NCBI RefSeq assembly: GCF_009914755.1
Contig: NC_060925.1
DNA: 64,000 nt
Source of the DNA: the human T2T-CHM13v2.0 reference genome, Homo sapiens
Strand: one strand, 5' to 3'
Part shown: one piece after another, positions 52,558 through 64,000 of the stretch
How positions within the stretch are numbered: position 1 is the stretch's first letter
Layout of the letters: every line of letters starts with the position of its first letter
The notes under the pieces: generated by a model
The model's database searches: none
Told to the model about the DNA's origin: nothing
The model's input: only the letters and a program-made list of their open reading frames with translations
Program-made: the position numbers and the translations under genes

Positions 52558-53139
52558 TAGGCTGGTCTCGAACTCCTGACCTCAGGTGATCCACCTGCTG
52601 TGGCCTCCCAAAGTGCTGGAATTACAGGCGTGAGCCACCACACTGGGCCTTAAGGCAGCTCTTGCTTGTTTACACACCAACAAGCTGGATACCTCAATCA
52701 GCCAGTCACACTTACATACTCTCCCAAATCAAGAATGATTAATGCACTGTAGATTGTCTCATATTTAGATACGTAACTTTTCTGTTTATTTCTTATTTTA
52801 AGAAATTTTTGCAAATGAACCAATGAAAAATTTTTTATTGAATGTTAATTTTTTTCTTTCCATTTATGGTTTTGTTTTCTCACATTAGTTGCCAGGAAAT
52901 GTTGACTAATTGTCTTATCTCATACACTCGATGATGCTAAATATGAGGAAATTTTTTCAAGATTAGGATAGGATGAAAAAGTAGATATAAAGATAACCAA
53001 GGCCAGGCACAGTGGCTCACGCCTATAATCCCAGCTCTGTGGGAGGCCACGGCAGGCAGATGACTTCAGCCCAGGGGTTCAAGACCAGCCTGGGCAACAT
53101 GGTAAAACCCATCTCTACAAAAAATACAAAAATTAGCTA

Positions 53140-53277
<138 letters not shown>

Positions 53278-54190
53278 TCAAACAAACAAAGATAACTAAC
53301 CCATTTTGATTCCTTAATTAGTTAAATAAAATGAATTAATTACCCAAACCTACATTATATTGATTGTGTCTTCATTCAGGATACTGTTTAGTACAAAATA
53401 CAGAGGTTTGCTAAGTTCCCTCCTTCCCTCTAGAAGCACCCACCCTCTAATGGTGAATGGAAGATGAGGTCTTGCTGTCCCTCTGGCATCTGTTCTCCTT
53501 CAGCACCCCCTTACTATGACAGGCTTTATCGTCAATTCTGGGTTTCCTGTGGGCTGAGGGCCTATACTGACTTGCAAATATTTCCAGAAACTCTCAGTCA
53601 ATAAGCCGGTGTCCTGCTCCCCTGAAGTTAGAGAGAAATGGAAGTAAACAGGCCTCCCTTTCCTCTTACCAATCGTTTCCTTCAGCATTCCCAGCTCCAG
53701 ACTGGGAAGGTAGATGTCTGTTTCTACCCTGAAGAGTTAGGATCATTTCAGAAGAATATGACAACATAGCCAGAAAACTCTAACTTTTTCTTTTATCTCC
53801 AATGCTTCTTTGACTCTCCAAGGGAAATGAAAGGAACCTGAAGCCCTTCACAAGAGCGCAATTTCCCATGCAGGGCCAGCTTCCTGGACGTGCTGCCTAA
53901 GCAGTTGCATGGGGCCTGGCACTCAGAAGGGCCCTGCACTTGGTTTAATATTGTGATGTTGCCATCTTGAAATTCTTACCTTTGAAAGAAATTCTTATCT
54001 TTGAACTCGTGTTTTGTAAATGAAGTCTGTTGGGACAATGGAGAATGCACATGGGAAGAGAAGATACTCATAATATGCATGTCCATCATCCATTGCCTCC
54101 CATTTATATATAGTTTTTGCAGTGCCTTATGAGTAAAGAATTCTGGCAGACCCACATTTCATGGAAGTTCAGCATGATTCAGAGTGGGTA

Positions 54191-54892
<702 letters not shown>

Positions 54893-54925
54893 CTAGCCTG
54901 GGTGACAGAGCAAGACTCTATCTCA

Positions 54926-55994
<1,069 letters not shown>

Positions 55995-56038
55995 TCAAAA
56001 AAAAAAAAGAAAAGAAAAGAAAAAAGAAAGACTACATA

Positions 56039-56590
<552 letters not shown>

Positions 56591-56632
56591 GACTAGAAGA
56601 AAGGGGAAAGCTTTATATTTTAGCACCTTTAA

Positions 56633-56818
<186 letters not shown>

Positions 56819-56921
56819 TAGTAGAGATGGGGTTTCACCGTGTTAGCTAGGATGGTCTCAATCTCCTGACCTCGTAATCCGCCCGTCTCTGCCTCCCAAA
56901 GTGCTGGGATTATAGGCGTGA

Positions 56922-57186
<265 letters not shown>

Positions 57187-57501
57187 TGATCTGCCAGCCT
57201 TAGCCTCCCACAGTGCTGGGATTACAGGCGTGAGCCACCATGCCCAGCCAACAGTATTTTTTTTCTATTTTGTGAACAAGTGTTTCCACATTTTCATTTT
57301 GCACTGGGCCCTACACATTATGTAGCCAGCCCTGGGCCCACGGGCCTGCCCTCCCTGCCCTCATGCTTATGTGCTTATTTGAGTCTCTTCTCAGGAATGT
57401 GGACGTCCCACCTCTCTACTCCAACTGAGGAAAACACATCCTTTCTCACAAAAAGAGCTCCTGCTCTCTTTCCTTCACTCTCCCCAGCACGCTGTGCCCC
57501 A

Positions 57502-57963
57502 AGCCGAGATCATACCACTGCACTCCAGCCTGGGCGACAAGAGTGAGACTCCACCTCAAAAAAAAAAAGAGGACTTTGCAGGTATGAGTAAAGGTCTTGA
57601 GATGAGGAGACTATCCTGGATATCAGAGTGGGCCCAATGTAATTAGAAGAGGCCTCCCAGGTTCAAGCAATTCTCCTGCCTCAGCCTCCTAAGTAGCTGG
57701 GATTACAGATGCATGCCACCATGCCCGGCTAATTTTTGTATTTTTAGTGGAGACAGAGTTTTACCATGTTGGCCAAGCTGGTATCGAGCTCCTGACCTCA
57801 GGTGAGCCTCCCGCCTAGGCCTTCCAGAGTGCTGGGATTACAGGCGTGAGCCACTGCGCCTGGTCTTACAAAATCCTTTTTACCATGCAAGGTAACACAG
57901 TCACAGGTTTCAGGGATTAGGATGTGAACATCTTTGTTGGGGGGCATTATTTTATCTACTACA
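57502..57963. mobile_element. MLT1D-like MaLR LTR plus Alu, rearranged by a local inversion
   Basis: MLT1 5' end on the - strand at 57866-57963, its continuation on the + strand at 57570-57655, and Alu pieces in opposite orientations. Confidence 0.72.
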
Positions 57964-58215
57964 ATGACATAATTTAATATGTCTGATGATAGAAGAACAT
58001 GATAATATCTGAAGCCCTGTGGTCAGATTCAGAGAAGTAAAAAGATGAGCATACGTAGGCATGCACACAAATCTAGGTTTCTAAAGGAGAAACGAGGGCC
58101 GGGGACAGTGGCTCACGCCTGTAATCCCAGAACTTTGGGAGGTCGAGGCGGATGGATCACGAGGTCAGGAGATCGAGACCATCCTGGCAAACACAGTGAA
58201 ACCCCATCTCTACTA

Positions 58216-58464
<249 letters not shown>

Positions 58465-58468
58465 TTAA

Positions 58469-58771
<303 letters not shown>

Positions 58772-59079
58772 TGAACTGATTTATATTATGTATCAGATAC
58801 GGCATTCATTTAAGGAAGATGTTTCTTCCCTGGAGCTCATAGCAAACATCAAAGCAGAAGCCAGCCACGTAAAGCCATCATTGCTCAGAGAGACACCAGG
58901 CAGACACATCGGGGGAGGTCTCTACGTGGCTAAATAAATGCTAGGTCCATAAGTAAGCTGTACTCAGAAGCAGAGAATCTCTGACAAAGTTTGAGTTTGC
59001 CGCAGGTGTCCTGGAAAACTGACTCTGTAAGAGGGGGAAGCCCATTCTTGACAATCTCAGGTCAAGACATAATTCTCCA

Positions 59080-59475
59080 AGTTTCTTGTGGGATTTCACA
59101 TGAAAAGAATGTGTATTCAACTGCTGTTGAGCAAAATGCTTTGAAAACATCAGTGAACTCAAGCTGGTTGACAGTGTTTGTTGTTCAGGTCATCTATATC
59201 TTTACTGATGTTCCATCTACTTGTTCTATCAATTGCTCAGAGAAGAGTGCTGATGGATTCAAATATAATTGTGGATTTCTCTGTTTTTCCTTTCAGTTCT
59301 ACCTCCGTAAAGCCTTCATGGGTTTTGAAGCTCTATTGTTAGTTGCATGCATATTTAGGATTGCTAATGGCTTCTTGGTGAATTGACTCCTTTGTCATTA
59401 CTTAATGCCCCTCTTTATTGCTGGTAATATTCCTTGTTCTGAAGTCTATTTATCTGATATTAATATAGCCTCTCC
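59080..59475 (-). mobile_element. Old L1 ORF2 fragment
   Basis: TGAAAAGAATGTGTATTC..CTGTTG and TTCTGAAGTCTATTTATCTGATATTAATATAGCC antisense L1 motifs. Confidence 0.7.
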
Positions 59476-60206
59476 TGCTTGCTTGCTTGCTTGCTTGCTT
59501 GCTTTGACTTAGAAAATGTTTCAAAGGGCCAGGCATGGTAGCTTACCCCTGTAATCCCAGCACTTTGGGAGGCCAAAGCAGGTGGATCACTTGAGGCCAG
59601 GGGTTTGAGAAAAGCCTGAGCAACATGGTGTAACCCCATCTCTATGAAAAAATACAAAAATTAGCCAGACATGGTGGTGTACACCTGTATGTAGTCCCAG
59701 CTACTCAGGAGGCTGAGGTGGGAGGATCACTTGAGTGCAAAAGGTTGAGGCTGCAGTGAGCCGAGATCACACCACCGCACCCCACCCTAGGCAACAGAGC
59801 AAGATCCTGTCTCAACAACAACAACAACACACAGTTAAATGAGGGGAGAAAGAGGAAACTGCCAAGGAACTAGAGAATGAGCAGCCAGAGAGTTTGGGGA
59901 AAAAAAACAGGATAGAATTTTGTCTTGGCCAGGCACAATGGCTCACACCTGTAATCCCAGCACTTTGGGAGGCTGAGGCAGGCAGATTACTTGAGACCAG
60001 GAGTTTGAGACCAGCCTGGCCAACACAGCAAAACCCTATCTCTACAAAACATACAAAAATTAACCAGGTGTGATGGCGGGCGCCTGTGGTCCCAACTACT
60101 CAGGAGCTGAGGCATGAGACTCATTTGAATCTGGGAGATGGAGACTGAAGTGAGCTGAGATCATGCCACTGAACTCCAGCCTGGGTGACAGAGTGATACT
60201 CTGTCT

Positions 60207-60245
<39 letters not shown>

Positions 60246-61145
60246 ATGAAAGAATTTTGTCTTTTAGATGAAGGGAGGGGAGTTTAAAGAAAATGGTGGA
60301 TGAGGTCAAATTTTTGCATATTGATTTGTAGTTGGACAGACCTGGTTTACAACTTTCCTTTGCCACTTCCCAGCAATGACACTTTTAACAAGTCACTAGA
60401 AGTTTATAAACATTTGTAAGAAGAGGTTAATAATCATACTTATTTTATAAAGTTATTGTGTGGATTAAATTAGATAATGTAAATAAAGCTATTAACACAG
60501 TGCTGGCACATAATAAACTATCAATAAATGCTGGCTAATAACATGAAGAAAAATAAAAGCTGAAAAGGATCTATTCAATTTAAAACTAATGACTTTACCA
60601 CAGTAATTTCAGGGAATCCATGAGAACATACACCCAAATGAAACAGATTAAAGAGTGTATGAGAGCCAACAAAGCAGTCAAGGAAATTGGAAGGAAGATA
60701 AGATGAGAAATTAGGAGTGCCAGAGGGAAAGGCAAGATTGAGCATAATAGAATAGGATGCATGTATGTTACTAGGCTTTGGGGAACAACTAGAGTGGGAT
60801 AAATTAAGCTGCGAGATAAAGAGGGGATAACAGATAGGACCAAGAGGGACCACTCATTGATGCTTTCACTGACTATTGCAGTCACTTCTGCCCAACATCA
60901 CCACTAGTTCAGTATTTCTGAAACACAACTTTGCTAATGTCACATCTTCTACCATTTTGTCTCCATTTCAAAGCCTTCCAGGAATTCTTGTTGCCAATGG
61001 AGTATGATCCCGATGCCTTCTCAACATTCAAAACCGTCTACAATCTAACTCAAACCTACCTTTACAATGTCCTCTCCTCCTGTAACCTGTGAGCTCTTCT
61101 CCATCATCCCTTCAGGGATCTCTGTAATATAATTTCTTTCTTCCT

Positions 61146-61487
61146 TGAAGTGGTTTGGCTATGTCCCACCCAAATCTCATCTTGTATTTGCACGTGTTGT
61201 GGGAGGGACCCATAATTGAATCATGGGGGCAGGTCTTTCCCATGATGTTCTCATGATAGCAAAGTTTTAAAGGGATCTGATAGTTTTAAGAAGGGGAGTT
61301 TCCCTGCACAAGCTCTCTTCTCTTGTCTCCCGCCATGTGAGATGTGCCTTTCACCTTCTACCATGATTGTGAGGCCTCCCAAGCCACAATTCCCTTATAT
61401 TGGAGTAAGTCCAATAAACCTCTTTCTTTCTTTTAAAGTGCCCAGTCTCAGGTATGTCTTTATCAGCAGTGTGAAAACACTAATACA
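61146..61487 (+). mobile_element. THE1-family MaLR solo LTR
   Basis: TG..TGGTTTGGCT..CCCACCCAAATCTCATCTTG ... CAGCAGTGTGAAAACACTAATACA. 5-bp TSD TTCCT/CTCCT. Confidence 0.85.
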
Positions 61488-62121
61488 CTCCTCTTCACTT
61501 ACCTCTCACCTCTGCCCAGGTTAAGGTTAAGCTCAAGTCTCACCTGCTTCAGAAAGTACTTCCTGAAACACCATTTTCCAATGACCATCTCCTCCTTTCT
61601 AACTCCGCTAGAACTGAAGTAAAGGGTGCCCATGCCCATAAAATGATTATTTTGTTGTTCTGTTTGAATTAAGTGCTAAATTTACAAATCAGAAACTTTC
61701 ACTAAAAATCTGAATTCTTAGCTTTTCTTGAAAAATCAGAAGATGCAGCAACACAGGGACTGATTACCTCTCTTTTTTTTTTTTGAGACGGAGTTTCACT
61801 CTGTTGCCCAGGCTAGAGTGCAGTGCTCCATCTCAGCTTACTGCAACCTCTGCCTCCCGGGTTCAAGCAATTCCCCTGTCTCAGCCTCCTGAGTAGCTGG
61901 GACTACAAGTTCACACCACTATGCCCAATTAGTTTTTGCTTTTTTTTTTTTTTTTTTTTTAGTACAGACAAGGTTTCACCATGTTGGCCAGGCTGGTTTC
62001 AAATTCCTGACCTCCTGACCTCAAATGGTCCAGCTGCCATAGCCTGGGATCACGCCAGCTGCCTCAGCGGTGGCTCACGCCTGTAATCCCAGCACTTTGG
62101 GAGGCCAAGGGAGGTGGATCA

Positions 62122-62608
<487 letters not shown>

Positions 62609-62627
62609 TCAAAAAAAAACCTACATA

Positions 62628-63105
62628 CAGTAAGGTTCTCATTTAATATTATCAATATGTTCTTGGAAACTTCAACTTTAAGTGAAACAGTGATAGCAAA
62701 ACCAATTTTACTATAGGCTAACTGATATAAACAAAAGTTGAGTTCCTACAGCATATTTCTGGTCATATAAATATCCTCAAACATATTTCTTTTAATTTTA
62801 ATTTTTTTAGAGATGGAGTCTCACTCTGTCACCAAGGCTGGAGTGTAGTATCATGATCATAGCTCACTGCACCCTCAAATTCCTGGGTTCAAGTGATCAT
62901 CCTGCCTCACTCTCCCAAATAGCTGAGGCGATGGGTGTGCATCACCATGCCCCACTAAATTTTGTATTTTTTTTGTTTTTTTAAAGACAGGGTCTTGCTG
63001 TGTTGCCCAGGCTCAAACTTCTAAATAAAGACCAAAACATTGAACATTAAACATTCAATATTAAACACTGAAATAAATGCGAGTTATAGATACATTTAAG
63101 AGAGG
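62628..63105 (+). mobile_element. TcMar-Tigger DNA transposon fragment (MER82/Tigger6-like) split by an AluJ
   Basis: TA|CAGTAAG..CTCATTTAA..GTTCTTGGAAACT..ACTTTAAG start. Subfamily uncertain. Confidence 0.6.
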
Positions 63106-63225
63106 TCAGTAGGCCGGGAGCAGTGGCTCATGCCTGTAATCCCAGCACTTTGGGAGGCTCAGGCCAGTGGATCACTTGAGGTCAGGAGTTCGAGACCAGC
63201 CTTGGCCAACATGGTGAAACGCCCT

Positions 63226-63991
<766 letters not shown>

Positions 63992-64000
63992 CCCGTCTCT

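Overview
Primate (human-like) genomic DNA that I recognise as the chr1q32 ATP2B4-LAX1 interval. It holds the last three exons and ~4.2 kb 3' UTR of ATP2B4 (plasma-membrane Ca2+-ATPase PMCA4, + strand), including the 178-nt splice-site-C cassette exon. A very Alu-dense intergenic stretch with three MER41 LTRs follows, then the complete five-exon LAX1 gene (398-aa lymphocyte transmembrane adaptor, + strand) and a downstream patchwork of nested transposons. Almost all ORFs in the supplied track are Alu or simple-repeat noise. The most notable structure is in the ATP2B4 intron at 4449-5467. The H/ACA snoRNA SNORA77 is the 5' end of an L1-mobilised retrocopy that also carries RANBP1 intron-like sequence, the RANBP1 last exon, 3' UTR and poly(A) tail. 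It was inserted into the target-site duplication of a pre-existing Alu. Other observations: a candidate intronic poly(A) site making a truncated PMCA4, a uORF-packed LAX1 leader, a B-cell-type motif cluster upstream of LAX1, a ~150-bp micro-inversion through an Alu/MLT1 element, and a templated-insertion scar in an Alu. I do not see a wholly new gene system. Gene names and repeat family calls come from recalled sequences, not from a database search, and repeat boundaries are approximate.
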